Below the pieces are notes generated by a model. It saw nothing but the letters and a program-made list of their open reading frames with translations. It was not told the DNA's origin and did not search any database. From Eubacteriales bacterium (GTDB taxonomy: Bacteria; Bacillota; Clostridia; Oscillospirales; UBA644): a stretch of DNA of 64,000 bases. Below, piece after piece: positions 18,033 through 27,502 of the stretch; the stretch's first letter is position 1; every line of letters starts with the position of its first letter. The position numbers were made by a program, and so were the translations under genes. Location: positions 120,617 to 184,616 of the forward strand of contig JAZQKK010000014.1 of the NCBI GenBank assembly GCA_045542115.1, in the 5' to 3' direction.

Positions 18033-18224
18033 ATGAAAGACAAATTTAACAAACACTATCCGGCGGAAAATGCATTTCTGACCAATCCCATCGCCTCTAC
18101 CACAGAAACGACGGGCTGTGCTTTGCGAATTGAAAAACGGGACGGAGAGACCGTAAGTCTGAGTGCCCCCTGCAAAGGGACGAAATTGCCGGGTGCAAAA
18201 TCCGGTGCCGTAGTGAAAAAGTAA
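18033..18224 (+). CDS. small hypothetical protein (63 aa), no family recognised
   Basis: GAGGTG SD 7 nt before the ATG, and the stop is followed directly by a strong hairpin terminator. Lys-rich ends, two Cys. Confidence 0.45.
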   Translation: MKDKFNKHYPAENAFLTNPIASTTETTGCALRIEKRDGETVSLSAPCKGTKLPGAKSGAVVKK

Positions 18225-18265
18225 AAAAACGGTGCCGAAGAAACTCTTCGGCACCAATTTTATTT
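18223..18265. terminator. bidirectional terminator shared by the small ORF (+) and the GH2 gene (-)
   Basis: GGTGCCGAAG-aaact-CTTCGGCACC 10-bp stem flanked by A7 and a T-rich run. Confidence 0.8.
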
Positions 18266-18266
18266 G

Positions 18267-21200
18267 TTATTTGTACCAGTTATTACCGGCTTCAATATTG
18301 ACCTTCAAATCGCTGTCATTTGCAAAATTCCACTTCTGGATGGCGAGAGATTCCCAAGCCTGAACGGTGAGAACCGTAGCGCTGTCCACAGAACGAAGAG
18401 TCAACGCCTTGTTGGTAGCGGTATTAACGATACCGTACATACCGTCGCAAGCGACGACAGACCAAATCTGTTCTGCCGCATCGGTGGCATCGGACTGAAC
18501 CAATCCGGTTTCGGAAACGGTCAGGGCTTTTCCGGTCTGCTTATTTACGATCAGGTATCCGTCCTGAGCAGGAACGAAGGTCCACATCTGCGTAGCGGCG
18601 GGAAGCAATTCCCACTGGGTGACGTAGTAATCTGCACCTACCCATTCCTTCACGTCGGCGGCGGTGTAGCGCTTCGCGGCGGAGATGGACTGGTAGTTAT
18701 TCCAGTTCACGCGGGTGGGATAGTTCCGGGCACGGAAGGCCTGGTCTTCCACCAAGGAGTTGGAATAGGTCATATTGTCTACGACGGTCAGATATTTTCC
18801 GGACAGAGCATTCTGGATCCGAATCCGGGAAGGATCGTTTTCGTCCGAGATAATGGTCCACTTGGACTGATTGTCGGAACGAGCTGCCTTCAAGGCCAAG
18901 CGTGCACCGGCATTGGTGAAGCCTTCGGCACCGGCGATATACAGAGAATAGTAACCGCCCATACCGTAGTTGTTTGCAAACAACTGGCTATCTTCATAGG
19001 TCCAGTTCTGCCAACGGAGGTTGAGATATTTTGCAAGCGTCAATTCCACTTCCGCAGGAGAAGCACCGGAAGAGTCCTTGGAAACAGGAGACAAATACAG
19101 CCCCTTGGAAAGGCTCTTGATACGGAAGGCATCCGCAACGTTGATATCTGCGGCGTTTTCCTTAATCCAGTACTGAGAGTCATTGCCCAAAGCATCTTGA
19201 ATTGCCACAGTCCCGTCAGCAAGAACCGACAGATACGTGGAAGAAGAAGCGGCATTGGTCAGAGCGAAGGTATTGTTGGGAAGAGTAAGGGTCTCTTCCG
19301 CGGTAAGAGTGGTTCCGCTGTTCAAAACAGTTTTACTGATGGCATCGGCATCATAACCGGAAGTCACAGGTACGATACGGAAGGAATAGGTGTAGTTCAC
19401 ACCGGGTTCGATGTACTTACCGTCGGAATATTCCTGGTCAAACAGAGAGTTCGCATTGATACCCTTCTGCTGACCGATGACACGGAGGACCGTATCCTTC
19501 TTATCCGCAACATTGCCGGACAAAACGTAGCCCGCTTCGGTCCAGGGATAATCCTTGGAAACGTTCACTGCAAACAGGTCGGTATCACTGGTAATAACGA
19601 TACCGCTTCCGTCGGCCCGTTCCAGAGCCATCCAACGAACTTCGGACTTATCGCCAGAACCGGTGGAATACAGATATTCATCCCCCAGCTGGTCAACGAT
19701 GGCAACGTCCTTATAAATACCCACGCGATTATCAGCCTTCTTGTCGCTGAAAGATTCGCCGGGGCCCATACCGAACCAGCTCATCTTCTTAAACTCGGAG
19801 GTCAGCGTCATCACGGAAGAAAGTTCCATCGGAACGGTGGACTTCACGGTGGGCTGATATCTTACAGAGACCTGAATCTCACCATCTGCGTAAACGTCGT
19901 AAACTACCGTGTAATAAGTATCGTAAGAGAATGCTCTCATCTTCTGGACAGGATAGGTGACCCAGACGTAATCCAGTTCAATACGGTACTGCGTGTCGGA
20001 AACTTTTGTAATCTTGTAGTCGTTGGGAAGGGTCTTGGTTTCCGTATAATTCTGAGAAAGACTGGTCAGAACGTTGCGGGAAGTCGCGGACAGAGAGGAA
20101 GAGAGCAGGTCTCCGCCGGTGGGTTTCCGCAACAGGTTGGAAATCATAGAAGGAGTAAAGGTATCTCCGTCTACGAAGATATCTTTTCCGCCAACGGAAT
20201 ACTTGGTAATCAGACCGGTATCCCCATTCAAACGGAAGGAAAGGTTTCCATTTTCCAACAGAATGACCGAGGCACCCTTATAAGATTCGGGCACTTCGGG
20301 GAGAAGTTCCATATCCGTATCTTTGACTTCGGGTTCTTTATCCACGGGAGCGGGGCCCATAATGGGATTATCCTCTTCGTCAAGCCCCACTTCAACGGCA
20401 TTACGAGCGGGGTCGGTACGGAAAGGAATGTCGGACGATTCGTTCGCATTCAGAGCATAAACATACTGTGTTCCGGCGGGAACGCCTGCCATATCAACCT
20501 TGGTGGTCAACGTAACGTAAGCGGCATATTTCGCGTCTGCGGCAGCGCCGTTCGTATTGATGGGAAGGGTAATCAGGTGATTCTTTGCTCCGCCGGGAAC
20601 GTTGAGATCCATCGAGCCTTCGCTGTAAACGATCCAGCGGGGAGTTTCCCACAATTCGTGCCGTTCGTATACCGTCCAAGCGATGGTATACAAATCTTTA
20701 AAGTTGTTCTGAGAAGGATTGGAGACGTAAAGCTGACCCTTAGAGAAGGTATAGCTGGAAAGATACACTTCGGGGGCCTGGAAGACCGAAAGGGTCAAGG
20801 CATCACCGGTATGGTCTTTCACCGTACCGTCTTTGGAAACGGAAGCTTCGTCTTGGAGGGCGAACTGCTTCTGGAACACGGCAAAGTCGTTATTTTCTGC
20901 CCAGGAAGGAGCAGACTTATACTTCACGGTAAAGGAAACGTAGAAGTTTCCTTTGGTAATGTCGGTTCCGTAGTCTACCGTAACTTCGGCAGAAGCGCCG
21001 GCTTTCACGTTCAGATCGGAAAGGGTTCCGGTCTTGACGGAATTCTTGCCATCGGTCACTTCGTAAGAAATTTCGTAGCCGGAAAGATCGGTGAAGGAAT
21101 TCCGGTTCACGATCTTGAAGGTGCCGGCCTTGGCGTCAACGACCACCACATTCACGGGAGACAGGGCATTTTTCAGTTCTACGGCATCGGATTGCAGTTT

Positions 21201-23216
21201 ACGGTCTGCCGACAGAACACCGGAAAGGGACTGATAAGCGTCCTTTGCGGAAGTTGCGGCATCGCCCCAACCACCGGCATAGGTCAGTTTGTACTGGTCT
21301 GCCGTTTCGGGACCGTAGGGAGAAGACTGCAAAATGGAAGAAGCTTCTCCGGCGTTGGTGGGCCAATAAATTGCATTATCGGACCAGTAAGAGAAGAATC
21401 CGCCTTGGAAATTGCTGTATTCATCCAACAGATTGGAGTAAGCACTGAAATTGGCACCGTTATTCAGAAGACCGCCTTTATTTTCTTGCAGAAGAATGGC
21501 CTTCTTGTTGTCAGCATCCTTTAACAACTGAACGAAATCGTTCAGAGAAAGGTCCGGAGTGATAACCACGTCGGAAGAAGACTCATCGTCATCGTAGATA
21601 ATCAAGCGGTTATCTGCGGAAGTAAGCCAGCTTCTGAGAACGGAGAAGTTGGACCCCATTCCGGAATTATTCCCTACCGTCCACATAATAACGGAGGCAC
21701 TGTTCTTGTCCCGATATACCACGTTCAAAAGACGGTCCAAGCAGGCGTTCTGCCAAACACTCTGGTCACCGGGGATGGAGGCTTCGTCTTTTTCACTGTA
21801 AGGATTGGAGTTCAGGCTCATATCGTCAATGACGTAGAGACCATATTCGTCACAAAGAGAAATGAATTCTTCGCTAAGGGGACGACCAGGAGAACGGACG
21901 GCGTTAACGTTCAATTCTTTCATTAACTTAATATCGGAAACCAGTTCTTCGGTAGAAACGGTCATCCCGGTAACGGGGCTGTTTTCGTTATAAAGAACCC
22001 CCCGCAACGTGATGATTTCACCGTTCAAAACTAAGTTCTGACGACCGTTATCGTCAATAACGATACCGACGGTCTTAAAGCCGATGCGTTTGCTTACGGT
22101 GTCAAGGACCTTATCACCGTCTTTCAATTCCAGAACAACGGTGTAAAGGTTGGGGGTTTCCGCACTCCACAGCTTGGGGCTGGGAACGGAAATACGGGAA
22201 CCGACTTCCCCAAGGTAAGCGTTCGCCGTGGTGGCGGGCTTTTCGGAGAAGTTGGGGGTAGCGCCAACCTTCGTGGGCTGCAAAACACAGTTTCCGGAAG
22301 CGTCGTAGACAGACATATCCACAGACAGACCGCCGGCGGGCTTGTTGTAAGAAGCCAAAGAAACCGTAACGTTCATCAAAGCGTCGTTTCCGCTCATCTG
22401 CATATCATAAGTAAAGTCCCGAATCTGGGTATCGGGGGCAGAATACAGATAAACGTCACGGTAAATACCGCCGAACTTGATGGAATCGTTTGCTTCCAAA
22501 TAGGAACCGTCGCAATATTTATACACTTCAAAGACAACCAGGTTATCTCCGCCGATATTCACCGCTTCGGTGATATTGAAGGTTTTTCCGGTATAACTGT
22601 CTTCCGCGTAACCAACCATTGCACCGTTCACGTAAACGTATACACAGGAAGCGACCCCTTCAAAGGTCACATATACCTGACGGCCGGACCAATCGGAAGG
22701 AACGTTGACGGTATTCCGATAAATCCCCACGGGATTGTAGGCTTCGGAAACATTGGGAGCAACCAGTTCTTTCCCCCAAGGATAAGTATTGTAGGTATAA
22801 GAAGGAGCATCGTACCCTTCCATTTCCCAGTTGGAAGGAATCGAGATTTTACCCCAGGTAGTCTCCCCTTTCTCATCGGTGCGAACGGTAGCGGAATCGG
22901 AAACGGTATAAACGTATTTCAGACTCTGATACCCTTCGGGCATAAGAGAAGGATTCAACGCGATGGAAAAATCCCATTCCCCATTCAGGGACTTGTAGTA
23001 AGGAGATGCGGCAAAATCTCCGCCCAACGCCTGTTCTACGGACTCATAAGGAATGAGTGTGGTAGAATACGGCTCTTTGTTTCGGCCGGCCGTTTCCGGG
23101 CTTCCGAACGCTTCACTTTCTTTGGTCAATCCCTTGACGTTGTTACAGGCGGAGAATACTCCCACCGCCAGTGCCAACACAAGGACCAGCAAAAGTGCCT
23201 TTGAAACGTGTTTCAT
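18267..23216 (-). CDS. 1649-aa LacZ-like glycoside hydrolase family 2 lipoprotein with C-terminal ricin-type (QxW) lectin repeats; canonical catalytic residues apparently degenerate
   Basis: Signal peptide with lipobox VGVFSAC. Collinear with LacZ across the sugar-binding domain (IPSNWEMEGYDAPSYTYNTYPW), the TIM barrel and domain 5. C-terminal QYW/SKW/QMW/QIW/QKW repeats. See the finding for the active-site substitutions. Confidence 0.85.
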   Translation of the reverse strand: MKHVSKALLLVLVLALAVGVFSACNNVKGLTKESEAFGSPETAGRNKEPYSTTLIPYESVEQALGGDFAASPYYKSLNGEWDFSIALNPSLMPEGYQSLKYVYTVSDSATVRTDEKGETTWGKISIPSNWEMEGYDAPSYTYNTYPWGKELVAPNVSEAYNPVGIYRNTVNVPSDWSGRQVYVTFEGVASCVYVYVNGAMVGYAEDSYTGKTFNITEAVNIGGDNLVVFEVYKYCDGSYLEANDSIKFGGIYRDVYLYSAPDTQIRDFTYDMQMSGNDALMNVTVSLASYNKPAGGLSVDMSVYDASGNCVLQPTKVGATPNFSEKPATTANAYLGEVGSRISVPSPKLWSAETPNLYTVVLELKDGDKVLDTVSKRIGFKTVGIVIDDNGRQNLVLNGEIITLRGVLYNENSPVTGMTVSTEELVSDIKLMKELNVNAVRSPGRPLSEEFISLCDEYGLYVIDDMSLNSNPYSEKDEASIPGDQSVWQNACLDRLLNVVYRDKNSASVIMWTVGNNSGMGSNFSVLRSWLTSADNRLIIYDDDESSSDVVITPDLSLNDFVQLLKDADNKKAILLQENKGGLLNNGANFSAYSNLLDEYSNFQGGFFSYWSDNAIYWPTNAGEASSILQSSPYGPETADQYKLTYAGGWGDAATSAKDAYQSLSGVLSADRKLQSDAVELKNALSPVNVVVVDAKAGTFKIVNRNSFTDLSGYEISYEVTDGKNSVKTGTLSDLNVKAGASAEVTVDYGTDITKGNFYVSFTVKYKSAPSWAENNDFAVFQKQFALQDEASVSKDGTVKDHTGDALTLSVFQAPEVYLSSYTFSKGQLYVSNPSQNNFKDLYTIAWTVYERHELWETPRWIVYSEGSMDLNVPGGAKNHLITLPINTNGAAADAKYAAYVTLTTKVDMAGVPAGTQYVYALNANESSDIPFRTDPARNAVEVGLDEEDNPIMGPAPVDKEPEVKDTDMELLPEVPESYKGASVILLENGNLSFRLNGDTGLITKYSVGGKDIFVDGDTFTPSMISNLLRKPTGGDLLSSSLSATSRNVLTSLSQNYTETKTLPNDYKITKVSDTQYRIELDYVWVTYPVQKMRAFSYDTYYTVVYDVYADGEIQVSVRYQPTVKSTVPMELSSVMTLTSEFKKMSWFGMGPGESFSDKKADNRVGIYKDVAIVDQLGDEYLYSTGSGDKSEVRWMALERADGSGIVITSDTDLFAVNVSKDYPWTEAGYVLSGNVADKKDTVLRVIGQQKGINANSLFDQEYSDGKYIEPGVNYTYSFRIVPVTSGYDADAISKTVLNSGTTLTAEETLTLPNNTFALTNAASSSTYLSVLADGTVAIQDALGNDSQYWIKENAADINVADAFRIKSLSKGLYLSPVSKDSSGASPAEVELTLAKYLNLRWQNWTYEDSQLFANNYGMGGYYSLYIAGAEGFTNAGARLALKAARSDNQSKWTIISDENDPSRIRIQNALSGKYLTVVDNMTYSNSLVEDQAFRARNYPTRVNWNNYQSISAAKRYTAADVKEWVGADYYVTQWELLPAATQMWTFVPAQDGYLIVNKQTGKALTVSETGLVQSDATDAAEQIWSVVACDGMYGIVNTATNKALTLRSVDSATVLTVQAWESLAIQKWNFANDSDLKVNIEAGNNWYK

Positions 23217-23485
23217 TTGAACATAACCTCCGTGTTTCTTTGCGATTCATTTCTCTTTGCACATCAGTATATTATAGATCAATATAAAGTCGTGCTACGA
23301 AGATTATATAATAGAGTTGTGGCAATTTAATGTCATTTCCAAGCCGAAAAGGTGTGGAATCGTGACTTTTTTATGAACACAAAGTTTTTTTAAAATGCAA
23401 AACTTAAAACGGGAATTTTTTCGCACAATTCTGTAATTTTTTTGCAAACTGACGAAAAAATCTTACCAAAACCCGGGATTTGACA

Positions 23486-23514
23486 TTGACAGAACTGCTT
23501 TTTTATATTATAAT
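23486..23514 (+). promoter_or_regulatory. sigma-A promoter for proS
   Basis: TTGACA-17 nt-TATAAT, 34 nt upstream of the proS ATG. Confidence 0.75.
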
Positions 23515-23547
23515 GGTTGCATATTTTAGAAAAGGAAGTCACGCGAA

Positions 23548-24981
23548 ATGGCCGAAAAGACTGTAAAAGAAATCACGTCGATGGACGAGGACTTTACTCA
23601 ATGGTACACTGATATTTGCCTGAAAGCGGAATTGGTGGATTATTCCAGCGTAAAGGGTTGTATGATCATTCGTCCTTACGGATATGCAATCTGGGAAAAC
23701 ATCCAGAAAAATATGGACGCAATGTTTAAGGCGACAGGGCACGAAAACGTGTATATGCCGATGTTTATCCCGGAATCCCTTCTTCAAAAAGAAAAAGACC
23801 ACGTGGAAGGATTTGCCCCCGAAGTTGCTTTGGTGACCAAGGGCGGAAGCGAACCTTTGGCAGAACCCCTGGTGGTTCGCCCCACGTCGGAAACGTTGTT
23901 CTGCGAACACTTTTCCCACATCGTCCAATCTTGGAGAGATCTGCCGAAGCTGTACAACCAATGGTGCTCCGTGGTCCGCTGGGAAAAGACGACCCGACCC
24001 TTTTTACGTTCCCGGGAATTCCTGTGGCAAGAAGGACATACGGTCCACGCTACGGCGGAAGAAGCCAAAGAAGAAACGATTCGGATGCTGAACGTTTATA
24101 CCGACTTCTGCAAGAACTATCTTGCAATGCCGGTCATTCAGGGACAAAAGACCGAAAGTGACAAATTTGCCGGCGCGGAAGCGACCTACGCTATCGAAGC
24201 GTTGATGCACGACGGCGTTGCTCTGCAAGCGGGAACGTCTCACTATTTCGGCGACGGATTCCCCAAAGCCTTTGACATTCAGTATACCGACAAAAACAAC
24301 AAATTGCAATATTGCTATGAAACGTCTTGGGGGGTTACTACCCGCTTGATCGGGGCGTTTATTATGGTACACGGAGACAACAACGGTCTGGTCATTCCTC
24401 CCCGAATCGCTCCCACCCAAGTAGTCGTCATTCCCGTGGCAATGCACAAGCCCGGCGTTTTGGATAAGGCGTCGGAAATCCAGGAAAAATTGGCCGCTGC
24501 CGGAATCCGGGTGAAGATGGATTCTTCGGAACAGTCCCCCGGCTGGAAGTTTGCGGAATACGAAATGAAGGGCGTGCCCCTTCGGCTGGAAATCGGGCCG
24601 AGAGACATTGAGAACAACGTTTGCGTTATTGCCCGTCGGGACACCGGAGAAAAGATGACCGTCTCTTTGGACGAAATTGAAACCAAGATTCCCGAGCTTT
24701 TAGATACCATCCACAACGATATGTACGAAAAAGCGTTGAAGCATCGGAACGAAAAGACCTACGTTGCCCGGAACAAAGAAGAACTGAAAGAAATTACCGA
24801 TACCAAACAAGGCTTTATCAAAACGATGTGGTGCGGAGACCCGGAATGTGAAGACAAAGTCCGGGAAGAATTTGGAGTTCGTTCCCGCTGTATTCCCTTT
24901 GAACAGGAAGAGCTGAGCGACAAATGTGTCTGCTGCGGAAAACCTGCCAAATATATGCTTTATTGGGGCAAACAATATTAA
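23548..24981 (+). CDS. proS: proline--tRNA ligase (archaeal/eukaryotic-like short type)
   Basis: 477 aa. Class II motifs, anticodon-binding domain and C-terminal zinc-like CxxC...CxxC region ending in WGKQY. Confidence 0.95.
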   Translation: MAEKTVKEITSMDEDFTQWYTDICLKAELVDYSSVKGCMIIRPYGYAIWENIQKNMDAMFKATGHENVYMPMFIPESLLQKEKDHVEGFAPEVALVTKGGSEPLAEPLVVRPTSETLFCEHFSHIVQSWRDLPKLYNQWCSVVRWEKTTRPFLRSREFLWQEGHTVHATAEEAKEETIRMLNVYTDFCKNYLAMPVIQGQKTESDKFAGAEATYAIEALMHDGVALQAGTSHYFGDGFPKAFDIQYTDKNNKLQYCYETSWGVTTRLIGAFIMVHGDNNGLVIPPRIAPTQVVVIPVAMHKPGVLDKASEIQEKLAAAGIRVKMDSSEQSPGWKFAEYEMKGVPLRLEIGPRDIENNVCVIARRDTGEKMTVSLDEIETKIPELLDTIHNDMYEKALKHRNEKTYVARNKEELKEITDTKQGFIKTMWCGDPECEDKVREEFGVRSRCIPFEQEELSDKCVCCGKPAKYMLYWGKQY

Positions 24982-24992
24982 CACATAAAAGA

Positions 24993-25024
24993 AAATCCTC
25001 CCCGGCTGAGGGAGGATTTTTCTT
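24993..25024 (+). terminator. intrinsic terminator after proS
   Basis: AAATCCTCCC-loop-GGGAGGATTT followed by a T-run. Confidence 0.8.
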
Positions 25025-25026
25025 GT

Positions 25027-25061
25027 AAAAAAACGCGAGAACACAATCCACGTGTTCTCGC
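25027..25061 (-). terminator. intrinsic terminator after the 25074-26123 oxidoreductase gene
   Basis: GCGAGAACAC-loop-GTGTTCTCGC followed on the minus strand by T7. Confidence 0.75.
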
Positions 25062-25073
25062 ATTTTTATCTTC

Positions 25074-26123
25074 TTATTCAAAATCGGTGATGACCCGGTT
25101 TTCTTCGGCGGAACGGAAACAGGCTTCCATAAACCGCATATCCCGAAGCATTTGTTTGTGGGTAATCAATTGGGTCGCTTCCCCTTGAATGGTCTTCGCA
25201 ACGTTTTTATAATAATCTTTCAACGTCACGTCCACCGTAGGCAAGGGGTATTCGGTGATGGTTTCTTTGGTGCGAGGTGCCATCGTTTTGGTCAACCCGG
25301 CCGAAGTCTGCACGGGAACCGCATCCCGGTTCTCCCAATCGGAGACCATTACGATTCTACCGTTGTGCCAGTCTTCCATAATGGCAGAGCCGTTTTCGCC
25401 CAGCATATACCACCGAGGCAGATTGATAAAGTTGCTGGTACCGACTTCTACGTGGAAGTGAATTCCATCTTCAAATTGAACGATAACCTTAAATCCGTCG
25501 TCACACTCTTCGTTGGTCACGTAAGACAGGGTGGAATAGATGGATTTTACCTTCCGGTCGCCCATCATCATAAACATCTGGTCGAACAGATGGATTCCCC
25601 AGTCGAGAATCATTCCGCCCCCTCTTACCTTCTGATTCCGCCAGTCCCCGGGGATTCCGCGGGAGCCGTGGACTCTCGATTCAATGCAAAAAACATTGCC
25701 CAGGGTGTTGTCATCGAAGATTTTCTTCATAATATTGAAATCTTCGTCCCAGCGGCGATTCTGATGCACGGTAAACAATACGCCGCACTCTTCCGCCACA
25801 GCAATCATTTCCAGCAATTCCGCAGAAGACAAAGTAACGGGCTTCTCGCAAACCACGTTTTTTCCGGCCCGCATACATTGGATACAAAGGTCTTTATGAA
25901 TATCATTGGGGGTAGCCACGGTGCAAACGTCCACGGTGGGGTCTGCCAAGAGGGATTCCAGAGAGTCGTACGTTTTTACTCCCAATTCCCGGGCAAGGTC
26001 CATCCGGGCAGGGTCAATATCGTAAGTACCGGCACATTCCACAAGGTCGTTGCCGTCCATAATATTTACGTGATGTTTTCCCATTCCGCCGAAGCCGACG
26101 ATGGCAATGCGAATCTTTTTCAT
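25074..26123 (-). CDS. Gfo/Idh/MocA-family NAD(P)-dependent oxidoreductase
   Basis: 349 aa. N-terminal Rossmann IAIVGFGGMGKHH and the EKP motif (VVCEKPV). Confidence 0.85.
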   Translation of the reverse strand: MKKIRIAIVGFGGMGKHHVNIMDGNDLVECAGTYDIDPARMDLARELGVKTYDSLESLLADPTVDVCTVATPNDIHKDLCIQCMRAGKNVVCEKPVTLSSAELLEMIAVAEECGVLFTVHQNRRWDEDFNIMKKIFDDNTLGNVFCIESRVHGSRGIPGDWRNQKVRGGGMILDWGIHLFDQMFMMMGDRKVKSIYSTLSYVTNEECDDGFKVIVQFEDGIHFHVEVGTSNFINLPRWYMLGENGSAIMEDWHNGRIVMVSDWENRDAVPVQTSAGLTKTMAPRTKETITEYPLPTVDVTLKDYYKNVAKTIQGEATQLITHKQMLRDMRFMEACFRSAEENRVITDFE

Positions 26124-26170
26124 AATAAAAAGCCTTTCTGTGTTTCGGTAAATTTTCTGTCCTTAATATC

Positions 26171-26199
26171 ATTATATCACAAATAAAAAAAAGAATCAA
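26171..26199 (-). promoter_or_regulatory. sigma-A promoter for the 25074-26123 oxidoreductase gene
   Basis: Minus strand reads TTGATT-17 nt-TATAAT. Confidence 0.6.
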
Positions 26200-26257
26200 T
26201 ACTTTTTTTAAAGAATCGCAAAGATTTGATATTTTTTAAGCAAATAAATATCATCGT

Positions 26258-26295
26258 AAAAACAGAAACGGTCCGCCGCAAAGACGAACCGTTTC
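26258..26295 (-). terminator. probable terminator after the 26322-27485 oxidoreductase gene
   Basis: GAAACGGT-15 nt loop-ACCGTTTC followed by TGTTTTT on the minus strand. Confidence 0.5.
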
Positions 26296-26321
26296 CAGAC
26301 ATTGAAAAATCAATGATTCAA

Positions 26322-27485
26322 TCAGATTTCAGGAATAACGACTTCTACTTCTTTGCCCAATTCGTTGGACTTAACGATGGCGTCGATAATCGCCTGATTG
26401 TAGAGGATTTCGGAGGAAGGAACGGTAGCTTTACCTTCTCCGGCGGGTTTCTTAACTTCATTGATGAAGGAACGACACTTCTCGAAGAAGAAGTTTTTCT
26501 TGGACTTAATCATCGGGACTTCATAAGACATCGGTTCCCCGCAAACGTTCCGGTAAACCTTCAAAGGCGTGGCAAATTCGCCGTTCCAACAGTCGGTGGA
26601 AGGAATCCGCAGACCGCCCTTGGTACCAAGAATCAGAGCGTCGCCGCAGGTATCCATATGCATCGCCCAGGAAATACGGAAGTCCAGAATGATGCCGCCT
26701 TCCAAACGAACGAAGGCTGCCGCAAAATCATCTACGCCGAACAATTTTGCATATTCGGGATGATTTTTGTAATAACCGGGGTCTTTTCCGAAGAAATCAG
26801 AGGTGTAACCGGAAACGGTCAGGGGCTTGGGATACCCAACCGCATTCAGCAACATATCCAAAGAATAGGAACCGATATCACCCACGGCACCAATCCCGCC
26901 GGTTTCCTTTTCAATAAAGGTAGTACCGAAGGGGGTGGGGATTCCGCGACGGCGGCCGCCACCGGCCTGCAAGTAATAGATATCACCCAATTCACCGGAT
27001 TCTACGATTTTCTTGATCATCTGCATATTTTCGCTCATCCGGGGCTGGAAACCGATGGTCAGAATCTTTCCACTTTCCTTTTCGGCCTTCATAACTTCGA
27101 CCGCTTCATCCAACGTAACGGTGAAGGGTTTTTCCAGCATAACGTTCACGCCGTGTTTCAGAGCGTAAATGGTGGGTTCGGCGTGTTGACAGTTGTAAGT
27201 ACAAACAGAAATGGCGTCCAGCTCTTCGTTGTCAATCATTTCTTTGTGATTCAGGTAAAAACGGGCACCTTCCACATTGTATTCCTTCGCAAAAGCTTCC
27301 GCTTTTCCGGGAATCAAATCCGCAAGAGCAACGATCTCTACGTCTTCCATCTGCAAATACTGCTGAATGTGAGAAGATGCGATCCAGCCACAACCAATGA
27401 TACCGACTTTTACTTTTTTCGAGGTATCGATAACGACTTCCTCATTTTCGTTCATAAATGCATTAAGCCCTTTATCTACTGCCAT
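26322..27485 (-). CDS. Gfo/Idh/MocA-family NAD(P)-dependent oxidoreductase
   Basis: 387 aa. VGIIGCGWIASSH Rossmann motif and MLEKPF motif. Confidence 0.85.
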   Translation of the reverse strand: MAVDKGLNAFMNENEEVVIDTSKKVKVGIIGCGWIASSHIQQYLQMEDVEIVALADLIPGKAEAFAKEYNVEGARFYLNHKEMIDNEELDAISVCTYNCQHAEPTIYALKHGVNVMLEKPFTVTLDEAVEVMKAEKESGKILTIGFQPRMSENMQMIKKIVESGELGDIYYLQAGGGRRRGIPTPFGTTFIEKETGGIGAVGDIGSYSLDMLLNAVGYPKPLTVSGYTSDFFGKDPGYYKNHPEYAKLFGVDDFAAAFVRLEGGIILDFRISWAMHMDTCGDALILGTKGGLRIPSTDCWNGEFATPLKVYRNVCGEPMSYEVPMIKSKKNFFFEKCRSFINEVKKPAGEGKATVPSSEILYNQAIIDAIVKSNELGKEVEVVIPEI

Positions 27486-27502
27486 AACACAATTCTCCTT
27501 TT

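Noticed and set aside
18264-21524. 1086-aa plus-strand ORF antisense to the GH2 gene, the longest alternative ORF in the track.
   Set aside because: Its composition is dominated by G/I/V/R/F runs with no recognisable motifs and no RBS. It exactly mirrors a well-supported gene on the other strand. Stop-codon-free antisense frames are expected from this genome's codon bias.
23217-23547. A 330-bp spacer upstream of proS, considered as a T-box leader or other riboswitch. Partially phased T-tracts at 23367, 23385, 23416 and 23437 were also noted.
   Set aside because: A perfect TTGACA-17-TATAAT promoter lies only 34 nt before the ATG, leaving no room for a T-box (no specifier loop or T-box sequence seen). 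The rest is AT-rich promoter/UP-type DNA shared with the divergent GH2 gene. The T-tract spacing (18, 31, 21 bp) is not regular enough to claim.
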